This document shows, piece after piece, positions 18,447 to 31,063 of a stretch of DNA of 64,000 nucleotides. The DNA lies in assembly GCA_037127735.1 (NCBI GenBank), contig JBAXXU010000004.1, positions 786 through 64,785 of the forward strand. The letters run 5' to 3'. A program made the translations under genes and the position numbers. The notes beneath the pieces are model-generated. The model did no database searches, had not been told where the DNA came from, and saw nothing but the letters and a program-made list of their open reading frames with translations. The stretch comes from Bacteroidota bacterium. Its GTDB lineage: Bacteria > Bacteroidota > Bacteroidia > Bacteroidales > VadinHA17. The first letter of the stretch is position 1. The number at the start of each line of letters is the position of its first letter.

Positions 18447-19865
18447 TTATTTCAGAACTTGTTTTCTTTTCAGAAGTACAACATTTTCAACATGATGAGT
18501 ATGAGGAAACATATCAACGGGTTGTACCCGGGCAACTTCATAGTCTTCCGACAACAAAAAGATGTCGCGCGCCTGGGTAGAAGGGTTACAACTGACATAT
18601 ACTATTTTATCAGGCGCCGCTGCAGCAATTGTCTTCACTACATCTTCATGCATCCCTGCCCTGGGCGGATCAGTAATAATAACATCAGGCTTGCCGTTAA
18701 TTTTTATAAACTCTCCGGAAAGAACATCTTTCATATCACCGGCAAAGAAGAAAGTATTCCGGATATTATTTATTCCTGAATTAATTTCAGCATCTTTTAC
18801 GGCCTCTTCAACATATTCAATACCAATTACTTTATTGGTAAAAGCCGCAACATAGTTTGCAATTGTGCCTGTTCCGGTATAAAGATCATACACTATTTCT
18901 TTCCCCGACAGCCCTGCAAATTCCTTTGCAACATGGTAGAGTTGCAGCGCCTGCCTTGTATTAGTCTGATAAAATGATTTTGGCCCGATCCTGAACCTCA
19001 AACCATCCATATTCTCAACTAAATGATTATCACCCTTGTACAGGATCACATTCTGATCATTCAGCGAATCATTTCCTTTTGAATTAATAACATACATCAG
19101 CGAAGTGACCTGTGGAAATTCCGATGCAAGAAAGTCGAGCAAACCTTTTCTTTTCACCACATCTTCATGAAAGAAAACTGCAATAACCATTACCTTACCT
19201 TCGAGTGAGTTACGTATCACAAGATTACGCAGGAATCCTACCTGTTCTCTCAGGTTAAAAAATTGAAGATCATTCCTGATGGCATACTCCCTTACTACAT
19301 TCTTTATCGAATTTGACGGGTCAGGCTGAAGATGACATTCCTTAATATCAAGTACTTTATCAAACAGGCCCGGGATGTGAAATCCAAGAGCATTTTCCTT
19401 TTCATATTGATTGCCCGAGTTTACCTCTTCATTCGTGAGCCACCGTTTGTCGGAAAATGTGTATTCAAGTTTATTCCGGTACATGAATGTTTCTGATGAG
19501 CCTATGATGGGATTTATTCCCGGAAGCTCAACTTTACCTATCCTTGTAAGGTTATCTCTTACCTGCTTCTCTTTGTACTGAAGCTGAAGATTATACGGAA
19601 GATGCTGCCACTTGCAACCCCCACAAATGCCAAAATGGCTGCACCGGGGTTCTATCCTGTCAGCAGAGTATTCATGAAACTTAACCACTCTTCCTTCAAG
19701 GTATTTTTTTCTCTTCTTTATTACGCGAATATCTACCACATCGCCGGGTATGAGCATCGGAACAAATACAACAAGGTTATCTACCCTTGCCAATGCATTT
19801 CCTTCGGCGCCAATGTCAGTTATCCTCACCTTTTCCAGTAATGGCAGATCTTTTCTTCTTCCCAC
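18447..19865 (-). CDS. rlmD: 23S rRNA (uracil-C5)-methyltransferase RlmD/RumA family
   Basis: It has an N-terminal TRAM domain and a Cys cluster (CSHFGICGGCKWQH). SAM-MTase motifs are present (DLYTGTGTI, DPPRAGM, YVSCNP). Confidence 0.85.
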   Translation of the reverse strand: MGRRKDLPLLEKVRITDIGAEGNALARVDNLVVFVPMLIPGDVVDIRVIKKRKKYLEGRVVKFHEYSADRIEPRCSHFGICGGCKWQHLPYNLQLQYKEKQVRDNLTRIGKVELPGINPIIGSSETFMYRNKLEYTFSDKRWLTNEEVNSGNQYEKENALGFHIPGLFDKVLDIKECHLQPDPSNSIKNVVREYAIRNDLQFFNLREQVGFLRNLVIRNSLEGKVMVIAVFFHEDVVKRKGLLDFLASEFPQVTSLMYVINSKGNDSLNDQNVILYKGDNHLVENMDGLRFRIGPKSFYQTNTRQALQLYHVAKEFAGLSGKEIVYDLYTGTGTIANYVAAFTNKVIGIEYVEEAVKDAEINSGINNIRNTFFFAGDMKDVLSGEFIKINGKPDVIITDPPRAGMHEDVVKTIAAAAPDKIVYVSCNPSTQARDIFLLSEDYEVARVQPVDMFPHTHHVENVVLLKRKQVLK

Positions 19866-19883
19866 TTAATTATTTTTATGACT

Positions 19884-21119
19884 TTACTTTGAAGTATTCA
19901 GGTTCATCAGAAAAAGGACTCCCTGAATCATACACGGAAAAATACCATCCCCATGATCAAGACCGGGAAGAATTACCTTTTTGCATAAATCACCTGATGT
20001 GCCTGCCTCAACCATTGCTGAATACATACTTTCTGTTGAAATGGGATTCACATCTGTATCATCTTCTCCATGTAACAGCAAAAGAGGCTTGTAACTATGC
20101 CATGCATTAACACTATTATTTATGAGAGCATCCCTTACTGAAGCATATTTTGGAGAAGTTGCAAACCCTGAAAGAAAATCAGAAGTGATCAATCCGGGAA
20201 TAGAGGTTGTAAGCTTATTATTGATCTCATCTGAGGTCAGAGATCCTGTGAACAACGAACTAAGCTTTGAAGCATACGGCTCATTTAGAATATCAGTAAC
20301 CGGGTTTGTAAACTGATTATAAGCAGTATAAGCATTTACAATATAGCCGAGATAAACCGGCATCGGATAAGTTGTCATGTTTACCATACCTTGCAAGAGA
20401 AGATAAATATCATAGGGACCTGCTCCACAGGCGCTTCCTTTTAGATTAAAATCACTATTGTAGTCAAGTTCAAGCGCCTTATGTAAGGCAAGTGTTGCCC
20501 AGCCACCCTGCGAATAACCAAGAAGATAATACTCATTCTTTAATGTTATTCCCGGCAGTTCAGAAATAGCTAGTTCTTTAACAGCAAACAACATATCTAC
20601 CAGCGATTTCACCGTGGGTTCTTTTACAAGATAAGGGTGAGGAACCTGAACTGATTCCCCGAATCCGGGATAATCGGCAATAACAACAACATATCCCATA
20701 GAGGCAATAATCTCAACAAACTGGTAAGGGTAGTTTATTGGAAATTCACCAGGAGCATAGTCATTGAGTGTATTTGTTCCATTCTGGAAAGATAAAACCG
20801 GATAATTACCCGGCGTTATCGGAACACAAACCAAACCGGAGGCATTAATCTCCTGACCATTAATGGTGGTTTTATAAACCAACCTGTGAATATTGATATC
20901 GCTGACTACAAGAGCTTTAAGACTATTGACTTCAGGAAGGGACGCGGAAACATTATCAATCAGATTGCTAATATAGGATTTGGTAAATGGAAACAAAAAC
21001 TCTTTTGAAACATAGTAAGAATAGGTTGTAGAATCATCTTTCTTTGTGCAGGAAGTTACTAAAACGAAAAGGATTAAAAATATCGCCGAAAACTTCAATA
21101 TTAATCTGTTAGTCTTCAT
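19884..21119 (-). CDS. Alpha/beta-hydrolase lipoprotein (secretory-lipase-like)
   Basis: Lipobox (LVTSCTKK), nucleophile elbow GYSQGG, and a C-terminal HGEDDTDV...DH consistent with a Ser-Asp-His triad. Confidence 0.65.
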   Translation of the reverse strand: MKTNRLILKFSAIFLILFVLVTSCTKKDDSTTYSYYVSKEFLFPFTKSYISNLIDNVSASLPEVNSLKALVVSDINIHRLVYKTTINGQEINASGLVCVPITPGNYPVLSFQNGTNTLNDYAPGEFPINYPYQFVEIIASMGYVVVIADYPGFGESVQVPHPYLVKEPTVKSLVDMLFAVKELAISELPGITLKNEYYLLGYSQGGWATLALHKALELDYNSDFNLKGSACGAGPYDIYLLLQGMVNMTTYPMPVYLGYIVNAYTAYNQFTNPVTDILNEPYASKLSSLFTGSLTSDEINNKLTTSIPGLITSDFLSGFATSPKYASVRDALINNSVNAWHSYKPLLLLHGEDDTDVNPISTESMYSAMVEAGTSGDLCKKVILPGLDHGDGIFPCMIQGVLFLMNLNTSK

Positions 21120-21177
21120 GATATCATAATTTTATGTTTAATCTCTAAATGTTCGGTCAGGGATTAGAATCCTGCTG

Positions 21178-21185
21178 CAAATATA
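21178..21185 (-). promoter_or_regulatory. Candidate -7 box (TATATTTG on minus strand) for the lipase-like gene
   Basis: The plus strand reads CAAATATA, about 58 nt upstream of the minus-strand start at 21119. Confidence 0.3.
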
Positions 21186-21235
21186 ACTTTTTGTAACTAA
21201 TCCGTAAATGTCCTAATACCGAAGTTTTTATCTTT

Positions 21236-21277
21236 CGACTTCGGACTTCCTACTCGGACTTCCGACTTCCGACATTC
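21236..21277. repeat. Heptamer array CGACTTC GGACTTC CTACTCG GACTTCC GACTTCC GACATTC
   Basis: Read directly. It lies in a divergent promoter region, ending 6 nt before the candidate -7 box of the ABC-F gene. Confidence 0.85.
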
Positions 21278-21283
21278 TTTTCC

Positions 21284-21291
21284 TATATTTG
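21284..21291 (+). promoter_or_regulatory. Candidate -7 box (TATATTTG) for the ABC-F gene
   Basis: Matches TAnnTTTG 20 nt upstream of ATG 21312. Confidence 0.4.
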
Positions 21292-21311
21292 CACACAATT
21301 TACTTTAATCT

Positions 21312-23255
21312 ATGGTCTCGGTTCAGGATATCTCAGTATCATTTGGCAGTTTTGACTTGTTAACTAATATCTCCTTTCTGATAAATGACCAGGACCGGAT
21401 TGGCCTGGCAGGGAAAAATGGCGCCGGCAAGTCAACTCTTCTCAAAATTATTTCAGGCCTTCAGAGCCCAAACACGGGGCTGATAGATATGTCGAAAGAG
21501 GTCACTATCGGGTATCTTCCACAGCAGATGAAGGTAGATGATACTACAACTGTATTAAATGAAACTGTAACGGCATTCTCTGAACTTATAGGCCTTTCCG
21601 AAGAGATAGAATACTGCAGCTCGGAAGTTGCGAGAAGAGAAGATTATGAATCGTCCGAATATCTGAAACTCTGTGATCACCTTACGTTTGTTGAAGAGAG
21701 GTACAGGATGCTTGGCGGCGCCAACTATATGGCAGAAGCTGAACAGACACTCCTTGGATTGGGCTTTGAACGTAAAGACTTTGACAGGTTTACAAAAGAG
21801 TTAAGCGGTGGCTGGAGGATGCGTATTGAACTTGCCAAGATACTGCTGAAAAAACCTTCTCTCTTCCTTCTCGATGAACCAACTAACCACCTTGACATTG
21901 AGTCAATACAGTGGCTCGAAACGTTTCTTGCCGGTTATCCGGGTGCAGTGTTAATGGTTTCACACGACAGGGCATTTCTTGATAATGTAACCAAAAGAAC
22001 AATCGAAATATCCCTCGGGAAAATTTACGATTATAAAGCATCATGGTCAAAATACCTTGTGCTGAGAGAGGAAAGAAGAGAACAGCAGATTGCAGCTTTC
22101 AGGAATCAGCAGAAAAAGATCGAAGATACCGAAAAGTTTATTGAACGTTTCAGGTCAAAAGCTACAAAAGCCGTTCAGGTTCAGTCGAAGATCAAACAAC
22201 TCGATAAAGTTGAAAGGCTTGAGGTTGATGAGGAAGATAATCGCGCTATTCATCTGAGGTTCCCTCCTGCCCCACGTTCAGGCACCGTGGTTGTTGAAGC
22301 AGTTGGACTGTCAAAAAGCTATGATTCGTTAAATGTCCTCAACAAGGTAGATATAAAAATATCGAGAGGAGAAAAAGTTGCTTTCGTGGGCCGCAACGGA
22401 GAAGGAAAAACAACGCTTTCAAAGATCATTAAAGGCGAACTTGATTATATCGGGGATCTGAATATAGGACATAACGTAAAAATCGGATATTTTGCGCAGA
22501 ACCAGGATGAGCTTCTTGATGAGAACAAAACTGTACTTCAGACAATTGATGATGCTGCAAAAGGAGATATAAGAGCAAAGATCCGCAATATGCTCGGGGC
22601 ATTTCTCTTCAGAGGAGATGATGTTGAGAAAAAAGTCAAAGTGCTTTCCGGAGGCGAACGGTCGAGGCTCGCCCTGATAAGACTGCTGCTTGAACCAAGT
22701 AACCTTCTTGTGCTCGATGAGCCGACTAATCATCTCGATATGCGTTCAAAAGATATTCTAAAACAGGCCCTGATAAAATTCGATGGCACAGTAATTGTAG
22801 TGTCACATGACAGGGATTTTCTTGACGGAATAGTAGGAAAAGTATTTGAATTCAAACATAACAGGATAAAGGAAAACATCGGGGGTATTTATGACTTCCT
22901 CAGAAGAAAAAAAATTGAGAACCTGAAAGATATTGAGAGAAAAGACAAAATAAAAAATGAATTGGTCAAGGGGGATATTTCCTCCAACAAGCAAAAATAC
23001 CTTGAAAAAAAGGAGTTTGACAGGAACCTGAGAAAGCTCAGGAAGAGACTTGAGGAATCGGAAACGGTGATTGAGAACATAGAAGCAGAAATTATCGCGG
23101 TTGATAAATCATTTATGGAGCCGGGAAATTCTTCGGAGACTCATGATAATGACTACAAAAGATATCAGGATTTAAAGGAACAGCTCAACGAAGAGATGGA
23201 CAAATGGGCTCTTTACAGCCAGGAGGTCGAAGAGTTTTTACGCAATAACAGTTGA
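21312..23255 (+). CDS. ABC-F family ATPase (two ABC domains, C-terminal coiled coil)
   Basis: Two Walker A motifs (GKNGAGKST, GRNGEGKTT), two signature motifs (LSGGWRMR, LSGGERSR), no TM domain, and a Lys/Glu-rich tail. Confidence 0.9.
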   Translation: MVSVQDISVSFGSFDLLTNISFLINDQDRIGLAGKNGAGKSTLLKIISGLQSPNTGLIDMSKEVTIGYLPQQMKVDDTTTVLNETVTAFSELIGLSEEIEYCSSEVARREDYESSEYLKLCDHLTFVEERYRMLGGANYMAEAEQTLLGLGFERKDFDRFTKELSGGWRMRIELAKILLKKPSLFLLDEPTNHLDIESIQWLETFLAGYPGAVLMVSHDRAFLDNVTKRTIEISLGKIYDYKASWSKYLVLREERREQQIAAFRNQQKKIEDTEKFIERFRSKATKAVQVQSKIKQLDKVERLEVDEEDNRAIHLRFPPAPRSGTVVVEAVGLSKSYDSLNVLNKVDIKISRGEKVAFVGRNGEGKTTLSKIIKGELDYIGDLNIGHNVKIGYFAQNQDELLDENKTVLQTIDDAAKGDIRAKIRNMLGAFLFRGDDVEKKVKVLSGGERSRLALIRLLLEPSNLLVLDEPTNHLDMRSKDILKQALIKFDGTVIVVSHDRDFLDGIVGKVFEFKHNRIKENIGGIYDFLRRKKIENLKDIERKDKIKNELVKGDISSNKQKYLEKKEFDRNLRKLRKRLEESETVIENIEAEIIAVDKSFMEPGNSSETHDNDYKRYQDLKEQLNEEMDKWALYSQEVEEFLRNNS

Positions 23256-23258
23256 GGA

Positions 23259-24023
23259 ATGGAATCACTTCAGTTTGAAAAAGAATACAGGGTACATGTG
23301 TATGAAACCGGACCTGATGGTAAACTTAACCTCTATTCGTTGTTCAATTATTTGCAAGACATAGCCTCCGACCACGCTGTAAAACTCGGGTTCGGCAGAG
23401 ATGACCTCATGAAAGATAACCGTTTCTGGGTTCTTTCGCGAATGTACGCAGTTATCACTGAATGGCCGGTATGGGAAGATATCATAGTTGCAAAAACATG
23501 GCCCAATGGAACTGATAAATTGTTTGCCCTGAGAAATTATGAATTAAGATTTCCCGATGGCAACCACATCGCTTCAGGCGCTTCGTCGTGGTTGATCCTT
23601 GACCGCATTACCAAAAAAATCCAAAGACCTGATTCAATTTTAACTCAATATAACCCGAATAATCATTCATTTGACTCCCCGGTAAGAAATGCATCAAAAC
23701 TTGAACCGTCAGCAGAATATGGAAATGTCTCGCCACGGTTCAGAGTAAAAGTCAGCGATATCGACGTCAACCTTCATACAAACAATGTTCGATATCTTAA
23801 ATGGGTCAGCGATATCTACAGCCTCGGTTTCGTGATGAAGAATGTTCCACGATCGGCTGAAATAAACTATCTTGCAGAATCTCTTTTTGACGAAGAGATA
23901 ACTATAAGAACTTCTGTAGAAAAAAATAATGGCGTTTTTTACAACCATTCGATCTTTCGGACCGATGATAATAAGGAGCTTTGCAGGATAAAAATTGAAT
24001 GGAAAGAGGGTAACATTAAATAA
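23259..24023 (+). CDS. Acyl-ACP thioesterase (FatA/B-like)
   Basis: The length and motifs (YRVHVYETGPDGKL, NRFWVLSRM, DIDVNLHTNNVRYLKW) are typical of the acyl-ACP thioesterase family. Confidence 0.75.
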   Translation: MESLQFEKEYRVHVYETGPDGKLNLYSLFNYLQDIASDHAVKLGFGRDDLMKDNRFWVLSRMYAVITEWPVWEDIIVAKTWPNGTDKLFALRNYELRFPDGNHIASGASSWLILDRITKKIQRPDSILTQYNPNNHSFDSPVRNASKLEPSAEYGNVSPRFRVKVSDIDVNLHTNNVRYLKWVSDIYSLGFVMKNVPRSAEINYLAESLFDEEITIRTSVEKNNGVFYNHSIFRTDDNKELCRIKIEWKEGNIK

Positions 24024-24039
24024 GTTAATCCATTTTGAC

Positions 24040-25377
24040 ATGAAGAATAGTATTACCACCGGGACTATTTGTTTATTGCTTACTGTTACTCTGTTTTTTG
24101 CGTTTTTCAACTCGTGCAAAACTATCCAAAAAACAGTTGACTCTAAAGATCTCTCCTATCTTTACAATCCTACCCGAAATCCGATCAATCCCCGATATAA
24201 TGTTATTAATCAATCTGATGAATCATCGGTATTATCAGTGAAGTTTTTCGCTAATGATCTTTTCTTTTCAGAAGCTAATGCGCAGGGTGTTCCCACGGCC
24301 CAAATACTGTTAACTGTAAAGCTCTTTAATATAAGTCAGGGGAAACTACTGGCCGACACCGTGGTTTATAATCTCAGCATAGTAAAAGAGACAGGACGGC
24401 CCGAATATATTTATGATGTGTCTCTGAAAGTTGAAATGGGAATAGAATACATGGCTGAGATAAAAATCCTTGACAGGCTCCGTCTTAAGGTAGTGCAGGC
24501 TTTTGTGCCATTTAATACGCTGTCGTACAACAATAAATATAATTTCAAAGCTCAGGGCCATTTCGAAAAAAATGAACTGTTTAACCCGGTTGTGAGAGTA
24601 AATGAATATGTCAACCTTGTTTACACCCGAACGCCTCCTGACAGCCTCTTTATTTCATTTTATAAACCCTTCCGCGAAGTTCCTGATGCTCCATCAATGA
24701 TACTTCCTGAAAAGACTCTCGATTACCAACCGGAGATAGTTGTGGCGATTCCTTATTCTGATACTATACCGATGATGTTTCCGAGAGAAGGAATCTATCT
24801 CTGTTCAGTAGCGAGAGATATAGGCGAGGGGTTTACCTTTTTAAATCTTGGCGCCTCATATCCGTCTATGACAGCGCCGGAAGTTATGATAGATCCTCTT
24901 GCTTACCTCGCTTCCGGCGATGAAGTTACTGATTTAAAGTCAGCCATTAAACCGAAGATGTCTCTCGATCAATTCTGGATTAAATGCGGGGGGAATGTTG
25001 AGAAGGCCAGAGAACTTATCAGGATATATTATACCCGCGTACTTTATTCAAACTACTATTTCACATCATACAAAGAAGGGTGGCGGAGTGAGAGAGGTAT
25101 GATCTATATAATCTACGGGCCGCCTGATAAAGTATATAAAACATCTGAAGGAGAGAGCTGGGGTTACAGAAAGCCCGTGATAAAATCCTCCTGGGCAGGC
25201 AGGTTTAAGGTTAGTGATGATTATCTTTTTTTTAACTTTAAAAAGAAAGAGAATCTCTTTTCAGACAATGACTATTATCTGAGCCGCGGCGAAACTCTTG
25301 TCACATACTGGGATAAGGCTGTTCTTAGTTGGCGGAAAGGAATTGTTTTCCGCCTCGATAATCCGGAAGGTATTTAA
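24040..25377 (+). CDS. GWxTD domain-containing protein
   Basis: GWRSERGMIYIIYGPPDKVYKTSEGESWGY matches the GWxTD signature. An internal ATG at 24040 precedes the signal peptide/lipobox (FFNSC). Confidence 0.8.
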   Translation: MKNSITTGTICLLLTVTLFFAFFNSCKTIQKTVDSKDLSYLYNPTRNPINPRYNVINQSDESSVLSVKFFANDLFFSEANAQGVPTAQILLTVKLFNISQGKLLADTVVYNLSIVKETGRPEYIYDVSLKVEMGIEYMAEIKILDRLRLKVVQAFVPFNTLSYNNKYNFKAQGHFEKNELFNPVVRVNEYVNLVYTRTPPDSLFISFYKPFREVPDAPSMILPEKTLDYQPEIVVAIPYSDTIPMMFPREGIYLCSVARDIGEGFTFLNLGASYPSMTAPEVMIDPLAYLASGDEVTDLKSAIKPKMSLDQFWIKCGGNVEKARELIRIYYTRVLYSNYYFTSYKEGWRSERGMIYIIYGPPDKVYKTSEGESWGYRKPVIKSSWAGRFKVSDDYLFFNFKKKENLFSDNDYYLSRGETLVTYWDKAVLSWRKGIVFRLDNPEGI

Positions 25378-25420
25378 TTAGTTTCATTAACAATTATCTG
25401 GAAACATGTATAAAGATTCA

Positions 25421-25540
25421 TTGATTTTGACTTCATCGAGCTCCGCTTCGCTCCGGTTCTTCGTTTACCCCAGCCCCAGGGGGAGCGAAGAAAATCAATT
25501 TACTCCCCTTGGGGTAGGGGTAAATAAATTGATTTTCAAG
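25421..25540. repeat. GC-rich structured intergenic element with interleaved complementary segments
   Basis: CTTCGCTCC (25446-54) pairs with GGAGCGAAG (25482-90). TTTACCCCAGCCCC (25464-77) pairs with GGGGTAGGGGTAAA (25511-24). ATTGATTTT / AAAATCAAT / ATTGATTTT sit at 25422, 25490 and 25527. Confidence 0.7.
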
Positions 25541-25588
25541 CGACTTTGTAACTGTATTCATTAATATTAACTCCCTAATTGCTTTATC

Positions 25589-26332
25589 ATGCAGAAAGAA
25601 TCAGATTGTATTTTTGGATTACGGCCTGTAATTGAGGCTATTAAAGCAGGGAAACAGATCGATAGGCTTCTGGTTAAGCAGGGTCTTCAGGGTACTCTTT
25701 ACCATGAGCTCATGACCGAAGTTAAAACTCATAATATAGTTTACCAGATAGTACCTGTTGAGAGGATAGAACTGGTTACAAAGAAAAATCATCAGGGAGT
25801 ACTGGCATGGCTGTCGGTGATTGAATATCAATATATTGCAAATCTTCTTCCAATGATCTTTGAAAAGGGTGAAGATCCATTGATTATTGCCCTCGATGGT
25901 GTTTCGGATGTAAGGAACTTCGGAGCAATAGTGCGAACGGCAGACTGTATGGGAGCCCATGCTATTATAATCCCCGAAAAAGGGTCGGCAAGGATAACAG
26001 CCGATGCAGTAAAAACATCAGCAGGCGCTTTACATTCGTTCCCGGTCTGCAGGGAAAAAAGCATCATAAGGGCAATAGAGTATCTCAAAGAATCGGGGCT
26101 CAAAGTTTTTTGTGCAGCAGAAAAAGCCGGTCAAATTGCATCAGAAGCACATTTAACAGGTCCTTCTGTATTAATACTCGGTTCAGAAGATAAGGGTATA
26201 AGCCGCGAACTTATTGCACTGTCAGATAACGAGATAAAAATCCCTATGACCGGCGCCATAGGTTCACTGAATGTTTCAGTGGCAGCGGGAATTCTGCTGT
26301 ATGAAATGGTTAGGCAGAGGGCAGGAGAATAG
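25589..26332 (+). CDS. rlmB: 23S rRNA (guanosine-2-prime-O)-methyltransferase RlmB (SpoU/TrmH family)
   Basis: It has a SpoU_sub_bind N-domain and TrmH motifs (LDGVSDVRNFGAIVRTA, LILGSEDKGIS, IPMTGAIGSLNVSVAAGI). Confidence 0.85.
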   Translation: MQKESDCIFGLRPVIEAIKAGKQIDRLLVKQGLQGTLYHELMTEVKTHNIVYQIVPVERIELVTKKNHQGVLAWLSVIEYQYIANLLPMIFEKGEDPLIIALDGVSDVRNFGAIVRTADCMGAHAIIIPEKGSARITADAVKTSAGALHSFPVCREKSIIRAIEYLKESGLKVFCAAEKAGQIASEAHLTGPSVLILGSEDKGISRELIALSDNEIKIPMTGAIGSLNVSVAAGILLYEMVRQRAGE

Positions 26333-26354
26333 GTTGAGAAGGAACTAAATCCCG

Positions 26355-26375
26355 AAACGATAAACGATAAACCTT
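26355..26375 (+). repeat. AAACGAT heptamer x2 plus one degenerate copy
   Basis: Read directly, 22 nt after the rlmB stop. The preceding CCCGAAAC resembles the tail of the array at 12037-12053. Confidence 0.6.
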
Positions 26376-26387
26376 GCCCTTTTAGAC

Positions 26388-26395
26388 TAATTTTG
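26388..26395 (+). promoter_or_regulatory. Candidate -7 box (TAATTTTG) for the beta-galactosidase gene
   Basis: Matches TAnnTTTG 84 nt upstream of ATG 26480. Confidence 0.3.
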
Positions 26396-26413
26396 CATTT
26401 AGCCTTGATATGA

Positions 26414-29761
<3,348 letters not shown>

Positions 29762-29778
29762 CTTCTCGTATTCATAAA

Positions 29779-29872
29779 CTTTGTGAGCCTTTGTGTAATC
29801 CTTTGTGCGACTTAGTGTTTAATATTTTTTTACCACGAAGGTACACAAAGTACATCACAAAGTAACACAAAG
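29779..29872. repeat. Palindromic motif array: 4x CTTTGTG-like then 4x CACAAAG-like
   Basis: CTTTGTG occurs at 29779, 29789 and 29801, and CTTAGTG at 29811. CACGAAG occurs at 29834, and CACAAAG at 29844, 29856 and 29866. The spacings 10/12/10 are mirrored. It lies between convergent genes. Confidence 0.9.
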
Positions 29873-29910
29873 AAAAAGAGCACTTTAAGTATATATCTGA
29901 ATAATTCAGA

Positions 29911-30978
29911 CTAATACTTCAATTCTACTTTAAGAACCTCTTTTTCACCTATAAGAATATTCCTTACATCATAAATGAGTGGTGTTGTGACTTTCTTGCT
30001 AAGAACAATTCTTGTAACAGAATTAGCTGCCAGTGTTATTGAAGCCGGGGCACCATTAACGCCATTAATAAGGTAAAAAGGAACATCCGATCTGTTTAGG
30101 ACCTCAAAAAACAGGCTTTTATCGTTTTGGTAAAAGGGCTTGCCAACAGAAATACACTGATAGAAAAATGGTTTTGCATACTCCTCTTTTCCAGCAAGTA
30201 TATCTCTGAAATACACCATGGTACGACCGGCAAACATAGCCTCTTTCAGGGAATCGTGACTTCTTTCTTTTGCAAATACAAGAGTCATTGGCCTGTTGGT
30301 ATAATCAGGCCGGGTATAGAATTCACTTATGATTCCATGTACATCGCTGTTGCCCATCAAAGCAAGATTGTATTGTTTGCAGAATTTAAACACAAGTGGA
30401 TAATATTCGTTCTCGTTAAAAAATTCTATCCCATGGAGCCAGCCTTTTTTGATAAGTTTCTGATGAATCTCATACATCTTTGGAATTCCGTCAGGTTCCT
30501 GTGCTTTCCAACCCGGATGGTTCCACTGAAGGAATGCGCCCTGTTTTATTGCTGCTTCAAAAGCATCCCATACCGAGTCTTTTGCAATAAGTGAAGCATC
30601 AGAAATAAAAAGTGCATTAAAATGTCCGGGAGGCATATCCCTTGTGATTTCAGCTCCATGAACAAGTATCAGATTTTTTTCTTTAGCATATTCTTCCCCG
30701 GTTTTCCAAGCAGCATTGAAGTCGGCAGGAATAAAATCCTCCTTTGGAGCGTATTCAAGATGATCGGTAATTGAAATGGCATCAAGACCATCGCGTAATG
30801 CCTCATCGATTCTCACTGTCGGCCATACATCGCCGTCAGAAAATACCGTGTGGATGTGAAAATCGCACTTCATGGTTACATAACCCGGAATATCCGGAAG
30901 GTTAATAGTTTTCCTCTGTCCGGAAGCCAAAGCAGTAAAGCAAATAATGGTTAGTGTTATGATTATCAGTCTTTTCAT
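29911..30978 (-). CDS. Secreted PHP-domain metal-dependent phosphoesterase
   Basis: It has a signal peptide. CDFHIHTVFSDGDVWP...ISITDHLEY and later HGAE / NSDVHG are typical PHP histidine clusters. Confidence 0.6.
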   Translation of the reverse strand: MKRLIIITLTIICFTALASGQRKTINLPDIPGYVTMKCDFHIHTVFSDGDVWPTVRIDEALRDGLDAISITDHLEYAPKEDFIPADFNAAWKTGEEYAKEKNLILVHGAEITRDMPPGHFNALFISDASLIAKDSVWDAFEAAIKQGAFLQWNHPGWKAQEPDGIPKMYEIHQKLIKKGWLHGIEFFNENEYYPLVFKFCKQYNLALMGNSDVHGIISEFYTRPDYTNRPMTLVFAKERSHDSLKEAMFAGRTMVYFRDILAGKEEYAKPFFYQCISVGKPFYQNDKSLFFEVLNRSDVPFYLINGVNGAPASITLAANSVTRIVLSKKVTTPLIYDVRNILIGEKEVLKVELKY

Positions 30979-31026
30979 ATGTGTAATTTATTTAAAAATA
31001 GAGTTTCATCCGGCCACTTAAACTTT

Positions 31027-31061
31027 TGTCTTTTATCTTTTGTCTTTTGTCTTTTGTCTTT
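31027..31061 (-). repeat. AAAGACA heptamer array (5 copies, minus-strand sense)
   Basis: The plus strand reads TGTCTTT TATCTTT TGTCTTT TGTCTTT TGTCTTT. It ends 2 nt from the stop codon (31064-31066) of the minus-strand gene. Confidence 0.95.
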
Positions 31062-31063
31062 CC

